Below, piece by piece: positions 51,643 to 61,196 of a stretch of DNA of 64,000 nt (position 1 is the first letter of the stretch; each line of letters starts with the position of its first letter). The stretch spans positions 3,866 to 67,865 of the forward strand of contig JAHCLG010000013.1 in the NCBI GenBank assembly GCA_026125385.1. Direction: 5' to 3'. The notes beneath the pieces were generated by a model, which did no database searches, had not been told where the DNA came from, and was given only the letters and a program-made list of their open reading frames with translations. This DNA is from Legionellales bacterium. Lineage in GTDB: Bacteria > Pseudomonadota > Gammaproteobacteria > JAHCLG01. The position numbers and the translations under genes were made by a program.

Positions 51643-52194
51643 TTAATTCATGGCATATTTTAACACATAATTGACATCATAATCTTTGCCGTATTGTTGT
51701 CTAATGACCGGCGTAATCGAAATGTTAAGATTATTGGCTTGTAATTGATATAGTGGTAAAGCTTGATCGACTTGTTGAGTTTTATTGAAGTTACCATAAG
51801 CTTGTGAAAGTTGCTGAGCAATTTCGGCGACACGTTGTTCGACTTGCTTAAAATCCGTTTGATGTTTAAATACGGTAGATTCAACTTGCACCAGTTTTAA
51901 TTGGTTGTTTTGATTAAAACTTAACACGACTAATGCGGCATCATCAAAGGGTTTAGGTAATGCTTCGGCTTTATAAGACGTCATACCATAAAGCGCATGT
52001 AATCCATATTGAGAGGGGGTGACATAGCGTAAATAAGGGGTTAATTGCACACCTTGAGCTTTCACGGCGGTTAAACTCATTCCAGGGGTTAAACCGAACA
52101 TGGCATTTTGGGGATTAAGTGGTTGATTGGTGGAAGCAAACGCATAAAAACAACAAAAACTGATCACAAGACTCCAATATTTCCATAACTTCAT
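51643..52194 (-). CDS. hypothetical secreted protein (183 aa)
   Basis: Signal peptide. No known motif. Confidence 0.4.
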   Translation of the reverse strand: MKLWKYWSLVISFCCFYAFASTNQPLNPQNAMFGLTPGMSLTAVKAQGVQLTPYLRYVTPSQYGLHALYGMTSYKAEALPKPFDDAALVVLSFNQNNQLKLVQVESTVFKHQTDFKQVEQRVAEIAQQLSQAYGNFNKTQQVDQALPLYQLQANNLNISITPVIRQQYGKDYDVNYVLKYAMN

Positions 52195-52275
52195 CGCTAA
52201 AATCCTTCTTTAGAGTTAATGAAACGGTATGACATTAACGTAATTGCGGAGATATTGCAAGATAGCAGCGACTTC

Positions 52276-52881
52276 TTAATGATTATGGAAGCGTTTTAGC
52301 GTTCTATTGCATTGGGTGATGATGATTTTTTCTACTCGTTGTAAAGCAGGATAACTACCATGAACTTTTTCAAACTCTTCTTTTACCCTACTGAAATTTT
52401 CTTTTAAAGTGATGGCAAGTTCATTAACTAACTTAATTAAATAATGTGATTTGATATCGCAAGCATGGGCTAATTGAGTCCAATCTTCAACCGTTATGGT
52501 GTTAGGATTAAATTTATCTCCAACTGCAAATGCTAATTTACTGTCGATGCGAGCAATTGCTCTGGTGCAAACTAAATCATAAAATGGAGCAAGTTGTATT
52601 TGTTGATTCGATTTATAAAGCAAAGCATTGTCTATTATTTTCAGATCGCGAATAATGTGGGTTCTTGCACTGCCCTCTGGCAATAAATTGGCAAAAAAAT
52701 TGTGAGCTTTTTTGCTGGTAGGTAAATATTTTTCGGAAGTAAGCGGTAATTGTTGGGAAATAGCAAACCCATGGTCTAACCAAGTATCATGGTATTGAAA
52801 TCCTATTTCACCCTGATTATCGGGTGTTAATTCTCCTACTAGTTTTTCTTCATACCAAACAATTAGTCGATCATTATTCAT
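52276..52881 (-). pseudogene. hipA: HipA-family toxin remnant with in-frame loss of the kinase core
   Basis: A HipA N-domain (MNNDRLIVWYEEKLVGELT...FFANLLPEGS) is joined directly to a HipA C-terminal tail (LAPFYDLVCTRA...). The kinase catalytic region of about 240 aa is absent. Only 201 aa. Confidence 0.55.
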
Positions 52882-53158
52882 CAGCCTGTAGATCCTTTTC
52901 GTGATGGTAGCGATAAGTGCGTGGTTGGATGATAATATCTAGACCTAATTTATAAAGCGTTGCTAATGTTTTACCTATTTCGGCAGTTTCTTTGCCACGT
53001 TCTAATTCCGATAAAAACCGCATGCTCACATTCGTGAGTCCAGACACTTTTTCTAAAGTTAGGCCATGGCTTTTTCGAAAGGCTCGCAAAAGTGTTCCTA
53101 ATTCACTGACGGTAGTGACTTGGCCGAAGTGGGGTTTAAGCGTTGAGTTATTATTCAT
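52874..53158 (-). CDS. hipB: HipB-like XRE-family HTH antitoxin/repressor
   Basis: HTH_XRE with the LRAFRKSHGLTLEKVS pattern. Start moved to the ATG at 53158 (MNNNSTLK). It overlaps the hipA remnant by 8 nt. Confidence 0.6.
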   Translation of the reverse strand: MNNNSTLKPHFGQVTTVSELGTLLRAFRKSHGLTLEKVSGLTNVSMRFLSELERGKETAEIGKTLATLYKLGLDIIIQPRTYRYHHEKDLQADE

Positions 53159-53175
53159 CAGTATTATTCCAAAAG

Positions 53176-53280
53176 TTATCGTACGGTAAAAATAGTCCAA
53201 TTTTTAGGAGTCGTCAATGCATTTTTTATCGTACGGTAAAAATTTAAGGAAATAGGTGCTCTGCTAGACTAAATTTTCCC
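53176..53280. promoter_or_regulatory. array of three operator-like palindromes sharing a CGTACG core upstream of hipB
   Basis: TTATCGTACGGTAA at 53176-53189 and 53226-53239. TCCCGTACGGGA, a perfect 12-mer, at 53269-53280. Confidence 0.45.
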
Positions 53281-53317
53281 GTACGGGATAAAATAGAGCT
53301 TAAAGATATTAAACAGG

Positions 53318-53932
53318 TTACGCTGAATGCGAGCTTAATTCATACCAGGTATCTAATTGCTGAAAAAGTTCATCTAGCCCTGTTTTTTTCAATGCAGAAA
53401 ATAATTGCACCGAAGCTTCAGGATGCCATAAGGGTAATTGTTTTTTAACTTCCCGCAAGACTTGGCTTTTATCGTTTTGATTGAGTTTATCAGCTTTGGT
53501 TAATAAAACATGTACGGGTAAATTACGCTCTGCACTCCAATGCAACATATTACAATCCAGTTCTGTTAAGGGATGCCGAGAATCCATTAATAAAATCAGT
53601 CCGCGCAAACATTGGCGTAATTCTAAATACGCAGCTAACGTATTTTGCCAGCGTAATTTCGTTTCTTCAGAGACTTTGGCGTAACCATATCCCGGTAAAT
53701 CGACTAACCTTCTTGTGTCATCTAAGCGAAATAAGTTAATCAGTTGGGTGCGTCCAGGTGTTTTCGAGGTTTTTGCCAACGTGCGTTGTTGACATAAACA
53801 ATTTAAGGCCGAAGACTTACCTGCATTCGAGCGTCCTGCAAAGGCGACTTCAAAACCGCTATCGGTAGGTAATTGTGATAATTTTGCAGCACTGGTTAAA
53901 AACTCAGCGCGTTGATAATGCGATGCTGTCAT
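53318..53932 (-). CDS. engB: ribosome biogenesis GTP-binding protein YihA/EngB
   Basis: G1 motif GRSNAGKSS and the EngB family pattern. 204 aa. Confidence 0.85.
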   Translation of the reverse strand: MTASHYQRAEFLTSAAKLSQLPTDSGFEVAFAGRSNAGKSSALNCLCQQRTLAKTSKTPGRTQLINLFRLDDTRRLVDLPGYGYAKVSEETKLRWQNTLAAYLELRQCLRGLILLMDSRHPLTELDCNMLHWSAERNLPVHVLLTKADKLNQNDKSQVLREVKKQLPLWHPEASVQLFSALKKTGLDELFQQLDTWYELSSHSA

Positions 53933-54017
53933 GAAAGGCCTATTGATGTGAAATGATTGAAGTGTAACATAAAATGATTATACTGTTGTTAGTAAAATCT
54001 CACGCAAGGATCGCTTC

Positions 54018-54617
54018 ATGAAAAAAGTAGTAGGCTTATTATTATTAACCAGTCTCATGACGTTTGCACACGCCAACGGCAACGTTGAAAATGGCAAAAA
54101 ACTCGCCGCGGCATGCGGTGCTTGTCATGGAATGAATGGAGTGAGTAATAATCCTCTTTATCCTAACCTTGCCGGACAATCGCAACGCTACACCTATTTA
54201 CAATTGCAAGCCTTCAAAAAAGGTGCGAATGGTGGACGGGTCAATCCACTGATGAATGGCATGGCTGCCAATTTATCCGATCAAGACATGCAAGATTTAG
54301 GCGCGTATTTTGCGAGTTTACCCGCAGGTCATGGTGAAACAGCAGCCAATTTAGCGACCTTAGGCGAAACGATTTATCGTGGGGGTAATTTAGATAAACA
54401 TATTCCTGCTTGCATGGCATGTCATGGGCCGGATGGTAAGGGTAATGACGAAGCAGGATTTCCCGCGTTAGCCGGTCAGCACGCGGAATATGTGTTAGCG
54501 CAATTGCAGGCTTATGCCAAAGGCGAGCGTGGTAAAAATATGATGAGTGATATTAGCGCAAGATTATCCAAAGAAGAGATGGAAGCGGTGGCCAGTTTTA
54601 TCCAGGGCTTACATTAG
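54018..54617 (+). CDS. diheme cytochrome c4
   Basis: Signal peptide plus two CxxCH haem motifs (CGACH, CMACH). Confidence 0.8.
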   Translation: MKKVVGLLLLTSLMTFAHANGNVENGKKLAAACGACHGMNGVSNNPLYPNLAGQSQRYTYLQLQAFKKGANGGRVNPLMNGMAANLSDQDMQDLGAYFASLPAGHGETAANLATLGETIYRGGNLDKHIPACMACHGPDGKGNDEAGFPALAGQHAEYVLAQLQAYAKGERGKNMMSDISARLSKEEMEAVASFIQGLH

Positions 54618-54682
54618 TAAAGTTCGTATTTTAAAACACAATAGGTATAATACCCCTCACTACTGTATCGAGGGGGAAACTT

Positions 54683-55306
54683 ATGCAACGCATCGTCAAA
54701 ATAATTGCTATTCTATTTTTTATGCCATTAGTGGCTTTTGCCAATTCCTTTCAAGCAGGCAAAGAGTATCAACTCATTAAAAATCCTCCCGCGTTGAATT
54801 TAGCCCAAGGTCAAGTGCAAGTTATCGAATTTTTTAGTCCAGGTTGTCCTTGGTGTTTTAAATTAGAACCCTATTTAGAAAAATGGTTAGCCAGCAAACC
54901 AAAAAATATTACCTTTGAACGTATACCGGTGGCCTTTGAACAAGGCTGGGATACCTTAGCAAAAGCATATTATGCAGCAGAAGCTTTGGGTGTTGCCGAT
55001 AAAATGGTTCCAGTGATGTTTAATGCCATTCATGAACAACAGTTGGATTTAAGTAGTAAAGAAGCGCTCGCTGATTTATTTGCTAAACATGGTGTTAAGA
55101 AAGACGATTTTATGAATGCGATCGATTTTTCACCAGGCATTGATATGCAAATGCAACAAGGTCAAAAATTAATGTCACAATATGGAATTTTGAGTATTCC
55201 AACCATTGTGGTGAATGGCAAATACAAAACCAATCCCGCCTTAGCAAATGGTGATTCCGAAAAAATGATGAAAATCGTTGACTACTTAGTCAAAAAATCG
55301 GCTTAA
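54683..55306 (+). CDS. dsbA: thiol:disulfide interchange protein DsbA family
   Basis: Signal peptide. Thioredoxin fold with a CPWC active site. Confidence 0.8.
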   Translation: MQRIVKIIAILFFMPLVAFANSFQAGKEYQLIKNPPALNLAQGQVQVIEFFSPGCPWCFKLEPYLEKWLASKPKNITFERIPVAFEQGWDTLAKAYYAAEALGVADKMVPVMFNAIHEQQLDLSSKEALADLFAKHGVKKDDFMNAIDFSPGIDMQMQQGQKLMSQYGILSIPTIVVNGKYKTNPALANGDSEKMMKIVDYLVKKSA

Positions 55307-55325
55307 CATAGGTAAATTTTTTTGA

Positions 55326-57479
55326 ATGGACGTATCACAATTACTCAATGAATTAAACGATATTCAACGCCAAGCAGTTTCGATGCCCGCGCAAAATTCT
55401 TTAATTTTGGCCGGTGCGGGTAGTGGAAAAACTCGCGTATTAACGCATCGCATTGCTTGGTTAATTCAAGTCGAACGTGTCTCACCTTTTCATATTTTAG
55501 CGGTAACCTTTACCAATAAAGCCGCTGGAGAAATGCGGCATCGTATCGAAGAATTATTAGAAAATCGTCTGCCAGGAATGTGGGTGGGAACTTTTCACGG
55601 TATTGCTCATCGGATTTTGCGCCGTCATTGGCAAGATGCGCATTTACCAGAAGCCTTTCAAGTGATCGACAGCGATGATCAATATCGCTTAATTCGGCGA
55701 ATAATGCGGCAATTAACTATTGACGAAAATCGCTGGCCACCTAAACAAGTGCAATGGTATATCAATCAACAAAAAGATTTAGGTTTGCGTGCCGCGCAAT
55801 TAAATCCCCACGATCATTTTACTAAAACCATGAAACAATTATATGCAGCGTATGAAGAGGCGTGCCAGCGTGCTGGGGTAATTGATTTTGCCGAACTCTT
55901 ATTGCGCGTTCAACAATTGTGGCGGGAACACCCCGCGATATTACAACAATTTCGCGATCGATTTCGGTTTGTCTTAGTGGATGAGTTTCAAGATACCAAT
56001 GCCGTGCAATATGATTGGCTAAAAATTTTATTAAGCCCACACAGTGTGGTGATGGCGGTGGGTGATGATGATCAATCCATTTATGGTTGGCGTGGTGCCA
56101 AAATCGAAAACATTCAGCAATTTTCTCGGGATTTTGCCCCCGTTGCCACTTTACGCTTAGAGCAAAATTATCGTTCCACCGCGACTATTTTGCAGGCTGC
56201 GAATGCCGTTATTTCACATAATCAAGATCGTTTAGGTAAAAATTTGTGGACGGATGGCGAGACCGGTGAGCCGCTTAATTTATACATTGGATTTAATGAA
56301 ATTGATGAAGCGCGTTTCATTTGCGAACAAATTCAGCAATGGAAAAATCAAGGCGGCTCTTTAAACGAAGTGGCGATCTTATATCGTTCTAATGCGCAAT
56401 CGCGTGTGTTAGAAGAATCTTTATTACAGCGCGGCATCAGTTATCGGGTGTATGGAGGCTTACGGTTTTTTGAGCGCGCTGAAATTAAAGATGTCTTGGC
56501 ATATTTGCGTTTAGTCAATAATGAAGACGATGATGCCGCGTTTGATCGTATCATTAATACGCCCACTCGAGGAATTGGCGATCGCAGTAAACAATTATTT
56601 CGTGATATCGCTGCACAGCAAAATTGCAGTTTATGGCAAGCCGCACAATTTTGTTTGCAACAGCGCGAACTGAGCGGGCGCGCGGCAAGTTCAGTGCAAC
56701 AATTTTTAGATTTAATTTTATCTTTACGCGAAACGACTAAGACATTATCGCTTACCAAACAAATTGAACAGGTTACTGAACAGAGCGGTCTCATTCAACA
56801 TTATCAAAAAGAAAAAGGCGAGAAAGGCCAATCGCGCTTAGAAAATATGGCAGAATTAGCGGTTGCGGCCAGTGAATTTGTTGAAAATTTAGAAAACAAT
56901 CAAGACATGGAATTATCCCCGCTCACTTTATTTTTAACGCAAGCGGTTTTAGAAGCAGGTGAAGAATATGGCGACAAATCTAATCAATGCGTGCAATTAA
57001 TGACATTGCATTCTGCTAAAGGATTGGAATTTAAATTCGTTATTTTATCTGGCATGGAAGAAGGTTTATTTCCGCATAGCATGTCATATGCGGAACCTGG
57101 TCGTATAGAAGAAGAACGACGTTTATGTTATGTAGGAATGACGCGTGCGCGCGAATCGTTACTTTTAACCGCGGCTGAAAGCAGAAGAATTTATGGGCAA
57201 GATGCCAGACATCGTTTATCGCGTTTTGTGCTGGAAATTCCCCAACATTTATTACGCGAATTACGTTTAAAATCACAAGTCGTAAGACCCGTATGGCAAC
57301 ATCCCATAGATGAAGGTGAATTTAAATTAGGTCAACGCGTGATCCATCCGCATTTTGGTGAAGGAATTGTCATGAACAGCGAAGGTAATGGTGAACATTC
57401 GCGTGTGCAAGTGAATTTTCAGCGTCATGGAGAAAAATGGCTGGTATTGAAATACGCGAAATTAGAAACGCTGTTTTAG
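55326..57479 (+). CDS. uvrD: DNA helicase II
   Basis: N-terminus MDVSQLLNELNDIQRQAV...LAGAGSGKTRVLTHRIAWL matches UvrD. 717 aa. Confidence 0.9.
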   Translation: MDVSQLLNELNDIQRQAVSMPAQNSLILAGAGSGKTRVLTHRIAWLIQVERVSPFHILAVTFTNKAAGEMRHRIEELLENRLPGMWVGTFHGIAHRILRRHWQDAHLPEAFQVIDSDDQYRLIRRIMRQLTIDENRWPPKQVQWYINQQKDLGLRAAQLNPHDHFTKTMKQLYAAYEEACQRAGVIDFAELLLRVQQLWREHPAILQQFRDRFRFVLVDEFQDTNAVQYDWLKILLSPHSVVMAVGDDDQSIYGWRGAKIENIQQFSRDFAPVATLRLEQNYRSTATILQAANAVISHNQDRLGKNLWTDGETGEPLNLYIGFNEIDEARFICEQIQQWKNQGGSLNEVAILYRSNAQSRVLEESLLQRGISYRVYGGLRFFERAEIKDVLAYLRLVNNEDDDAAFDRIINTPTRGIGDRSKQLFRDIAAQQNCSLWQAAQFCLQQRELSGRAASSVQQFLDLILSLRETTKTLSLTKQIEQVTEQSGLIQHYQKEKGEKGQSRLENMAELAVAASEFVENLENNQDMELSPLTLFLTQAVLEAGEEYGDKSNQCVQLMTLHSAKGLEFKFVILSGMEEGLFPHSMSYAEPGRIEEERRLCYVGMTRARESLLLTAAESRRIYGQDARHRLSRFVLEIPQHLLRELRLKSQVVRPVWQHPIDEGEFKLGQRVIHPHFGEGIVMNSEGNGEHSRVQVNFQRHGEKWLVLKYAKLETLF

Positions 57480-57492
57480 AGGAAAAATTTAT

Positions 57493-58416
57493 ATGCCCCT
57501 TCATCCGCAATTAAATGCATTGTTAAAAAAATTTGCCGAACTTCCCGTCACTGATTTTAATCAATTTACCGCAAGGCAGTTGCGCGAATTAGCACAGATG
57601 AATCATTTTATGTGGGGCGCGCCTCCCGCAATTGCTCGAGTTCGCGATATCACCATTGAATTACCGACGCATGAAATTCCTCTGCGTATTTATCAGCACG
57701 CTACCCAAAAACGCCCAACATTAATTTATTTTCATGGCGGTGGCCATGTCTTAGGAAATTTAGCCACCCACGATACCATTTGTCGTCATTTGTGTTTAGA
57801 AGCCAATGTTCACGTGATAGCGGTGGATTATCGGTTAGCGCCAGAAAATCCGTATCCTGCTTGTCACGAAGATGCTTATTCTGCATTGCGTTGGATTATT
57901 GAAAATGGGCATTCATTTAATATGGATGTTAATTCGATTATTCTTGCTGGCGATAGTGCGGGCGGCAATATTGCCGCCTTATTAGCATTGCGTGCTCGCG
58001 ATGAAAATATCGAAAAAATAAAATTACAAGTATTGTTGTATCCAGAATTAAATTTAACCTGTCAAACACCGTCACATCAACACTATGCGCAAGGATTTTA
58101 TTTAACCAAAGAAAAAATTGAGTGGTTATTTAAACAATATTTACCACCCCATGTTAAACGCGACGATCCTTTAGTATCACCCTATTTCGCCGATTTACAT
58201 CAAGTAGCTCCTGCGATTATTATCGCCGCAGAATACGATCCATTGTGTGATGAAGCCAAAGATTACGCCGAAAAATTAACAGCATCACAAGTGAACGTGC
58301 TCTATACATTAGAAACTGGCATGATCCACGGATTTTATGGCATGTTGGCAATATGTGAGCAAGGCTTAACCTCGTTAAAAAAAGCAGGTCGCCAGATCCA
58401 ACAGTATTTGCCCTAA
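57493..58416 (+). CDS. alpha/beta-hydrolase esterase/lipase (HSL family)
   Basis: HGGGH oxyanion motif and GDSAGG nucleophile elbow. Confidence 0.75.
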   Translation: MPLHPQLNALLKKFAELPVTDFNQFTARQLRELAQMNHFMWGAPPAIARVRDITIELPTHEIPLRIYQHATQKRPTLIYFHGGGHVLGNLATHDTICRHLCLEANVHVIAVDYRLAPENPYPACHEDAYSALRWIIENGHSFNMDVNSIILAGDSAGGNIAALLALRARDENIEKIKLQVLLYPELNLTCQTPSHQHYAQGFYLTKEKIEWLFKQYLPPHVKRDDPLVSPYFADLHQVAPAIIIAAEYDPLCDEAKDYAEKLTASQVNVLYTLETGMIHGFYGMLAICEQGLTSLKKAGRQIQQYLP

Positions 58417-58904
58417 TGAGTATTTTGTTTTTGCAAATAATTCGCGCTGCCATCGATCCAATCTTGGCGAGCGGGAGCAAAAAAATCCACATCAATGGTA
58501 TCGGCAATGGCGACAAAGCGGTGCGGCACATTCGGTGGGATCACTAAGACATCACCCGCCTTCACCGTGAATTTTTTTCCTTGCGAATAAACAATGACTT
58601 CACCTGAAACTATCCAAGTAATTTGTTCGTTAGGATGATAGTGAGTTGGAATAATGGAGCCTTTTTTTAAATACCATTTAACGATTTCCGACCGACTACC
58701 ATAAATATATTGGCGAGCCGTTAAGGGGGTTAATTGTTCTTTCGGCATGCTTTCAAAATGATAGAGAGAGGGGTCAGCGTAATAATGTTGACTAATGTGG
58801 GGGATAATCCCACGATCTTCATCGGGATTAGTTTGGTGATTTGTTGCAAACGCTGTATTGCCGAGTAAAAAGCTAAGAATACCTATCATAAAATATTTTA
58901 TCAT
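58413..58904 (-). CDS. cupin-domain secreted protein
   Basis: Signal peptide. Cupin-like motifs HYHPNE...GDVLVIPPNVPH. Confidence 0.55.
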   Translation of the reverse strand: MIKYFMIGILSFLLGNTAFATNHQTNPDEDRGIIPHISQHYYADPSLYHFESMPKEQLTPLTARQYIYGSRSEIVKWYLKKGSIIPTHYHPNEQITWIVSGEVIVYSQGKKFTVKAGDVLVIPPNVPHRFVAIADTIDVDFFAPARQDWIDGSANYLQKQNTH

Positions 58905-59442
58905 GCCGACTCCTTTTACTATTTGGCAATTTTACACATTCGATTAGCTCACGTTAAAACTCATTGTCTGATTATATCTATTTAATTCTCTAGTGAAACA
59001 GCAAGTTATTAACACGCATTACTAATTCTAAATAATTTTAATTCTTAGTCCAAGTAATTAATTCAAATTGGATGTCTCAATCATCTGGTTCTCTCTATTC
59101 TTTTTATTGCCAAAATAACTATACCCAAAGCACTTCAAGATGCGGCTGAAGCCAAAATCTAGGGTTAGAAATTTTCCCTGATTGTCGAAGTGAGTTATCC
59201 TAATAAATACCTATTTTTCCTCTTATTTTGCGAAAGCTTAGCGAACGCACTTATTAACTAACGCCTGCGACTTAATCTCCAACTCCCCGCATCTTCATTG
59301 GCGAGCGGTATAGATGGAAGTCAGTAACTAATACCTTTTGAGTATATTTATATAAATAATTCATAAACAGGGGGTAATATCGTCAACTTGTTCGATTTTC
59401 ATCCATAAAATCGTTGCTGTGAAATATCATGAGTTTGAATTT

Positions 59443-59473
59443 CACGGAACTTCGCTCACTACGAAGTTCCGTG
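59443..59473. other. perfect 12-bp inverted repeat hairpin CACGGAACTTCG-(7 nt)-CGAAGTTCCGTG
   Basis: Read directly from the sequence. Located 43 nt downstream of the stop of the 59516-60961 gene. Confidence 0.5.
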
Positions 59474-59515
59474 GGTGGGTTTGGAGTTTAGCTTTATTAC
59501 TCATCGCCACTTTTT

Positions 59516-60961
59516 TTAAGTGTTAAATTCTCTCTTTGAGAGAAAAAAAGTATCTATCGTGATAGAACTATTATTTGAATTCGATGGTGATGCTGCGAAC
59601 ATGGCTGACGGATTTCTGCCAGGTGAGGTAGGAGGACTTATTAAATTATTTATCTCTTGTAGAATCAAATTGCGTTCTTGCTCGGAAGTAATTTTTTTAG
59701 TTAAATCATGTATTCTTGAAATACATTTATATTTAAAATAGCTGTCACTTTCATTTTTATCATAACGCGTAATCAGTCGTCTAATATTTTGTATAATTAA
59801 TGAGTCAATTATTTTCTGACTATCAGCTTTAATATTCGCTATAAATCCCTCTTTATTTTGGTTTTCTTTATAAGAATTAAAAATAGTTGAAATTTCAGTT
59901 TGTTTATCTGGGAATATTGTTTTTAAACTTTTTAAAAAAGTATCATTTATTGAATAATCTTTGTTCACAGCAAATAGAATTAAATGAATATTGTCATTCT
60001 TGCAGAGTAGATCGTATATGTGATCCTTGCAGAGTAGATCGTATATGTGATCCTGTATGGTTTTATAGCTTTCTTGGTCGACAAATGAAAAGACAGTTTC
60101 GAAAAAACTTCGGAGTCGACCTCTGGAATATTTAAAATCATAACTAGTGAATAATTCATAAAGAATTTGCTCTGGGATTGCCATGATATAATTAAACGCA
60201 TCTTCTGATGAGTTTTTATAGTTTTTTTCTAAATGAGATTCTAGCTGAGTCGTAACAGGTGATGCGTCGTAATAGTTGGTAAGTTCTGCCCAATTATTTT
60301 CTGTAGAAGATGCAATTTTTTTATCCATTTCTTCTTGGATTGTCGCGCTGGATATTACGTTAGTATTTGCTGCTATATTTTCAGGAGCCTGTGTGTTACT
60401 GGTCGAAGTTGATAGGTCTTGCAGTTGCGTTTCTGATTGTTTGTTATCGGTTATTGGGTAATTCTGACCACAAGCAGGTTTCTCTAAGACTATGTCTGCA
60501 ACACCTCGATCGTTAGAACCATTTTGGTTATTACTTCCTTGATCTGCTTGTTTTCTGTTGCTGGATGATACGGGATTATTTGGTGTTATAGCGTTGTTGT
60601 TTGATGTTGTGATGGTCGCTGAAGTTGCGTTTGAGGTGGAGTTTAGCACTTGTTTTTGAGTAGTATTCTCTGAAACTGTTGTTAATAGAGCTGTATCTGA
60701 GTTATTCTCGACTAGTTCGTATTCGTGTAAATCATCAGAATCTGCATTTTCTGTGGTATTATCATCACTCGTTGTCAGTGCTAGCGTTGTACCATTAATC
60801 CCGCTCTCTGCGCTGTTCACAGTAGTAGTCGTGTTAGTAGTTGTTGTAGAATTATCACTTAAAGCAGTCATTTGTTGTTCTGTTGCAGAGTCACTCTGAT
60901 TGCTCGCTGTTTGAGTATTACCAAGTAAATTAACAACTCCTTTATAAAGGCCACTAAGCAT
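59516..60961 (-). CDS. Ser/Thr/Asn-rich low-complexity protein with internal tandem duplication, effector-like
   Basis: 481 aa. The N-terminal roughly 200 aa are STN-rich and disordered, followed by a C-terminal folded region. The protein contains DHIYDLLCK repeated twice. Confidence 0.55.
   Translation of the reverse strand: MLSGLYKGVVNLLGNTQTASNQSDSATEQQMTALSDNSTTTTNTTTTVNSAESGINGTTLALTTSDDNTTENADSDDLHEYELVENNSDTALLTTVSENTTQKQVLNSTSNATSATITTSNNNAITPNNPVSSSNRKQADQGSNNQNGSNDRGVADIVLEKPACGQNYPITDNKQSETQLQDLSTSTSNTQAPENIAANTNVISSATIQEEMDKKIASSTENNWAELTNYYDASPVTTQLESHLEKNYKNSSEDAFNYIMAIPEQILYELFTSYDFKYSRGRLRSFFETVFSFVDQESYKTIQDHIYDLLCKDHIYDLLCKNDNIHLILFAVNKDYSINDTFLKSLKTIFPDKQTEISTIFNSYKENQNKEGFIANIKADSQKIIDSLIIQNIRRLITRYDKNESDSYFKYKCISRIHDLTKKITSEQERNLILQEINNLISPPTSPGRNPSAMFAASPSNSNNSSITIDTFFLSKREFNT
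59999..60052. repeat. perfect 2 x 27-bp in-frame tandem repeat (CTTGCAGAGTAGATCGTATATGTGATC)
   Basis: Read directly from the sequence. Encodes DHIYDLLCK twice on the minus strand. Confidence 0.85.
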
Positions 60962-61094
60962 TTTCTATCTCTCTTTTTTATGTAACCTAAATGCCTCAAT
61001 CGCGGAGTAATATTTTTGAAAAACCCCTCTATTCCAACGCATTTGGTTTAGTTAATTATTTTCTAAGACCCATAACATCTTAAAACCCAGGGCG

Positions 61095-61127
61095 ATTATA
61101 CATAAATTTTATTAAGATAATATTACG
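61095..61127 (-). promoter_or_regulatory. PmrA-box-like tandem repeat (cgTAATATT-at-cTTAATAAa) 7 nt upstream of a TATAAT -10
   Basis: The minus-strand read cgTAATATTatcTTAATAAAatttatgTATAAT resembles the Legionella/Coxiella PmrA consensus cTTAATatT-N2-cTTAATatT, which sits in place of a -35 element. Confidence 0.4.
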
Positions 61128-61196
61128 TAGCCGTAGCTTTGCCTCATAAAGGGTGTGTTAGCGCATGGTAGCGTGAGCTTGACTCGCGGTGCGGTG

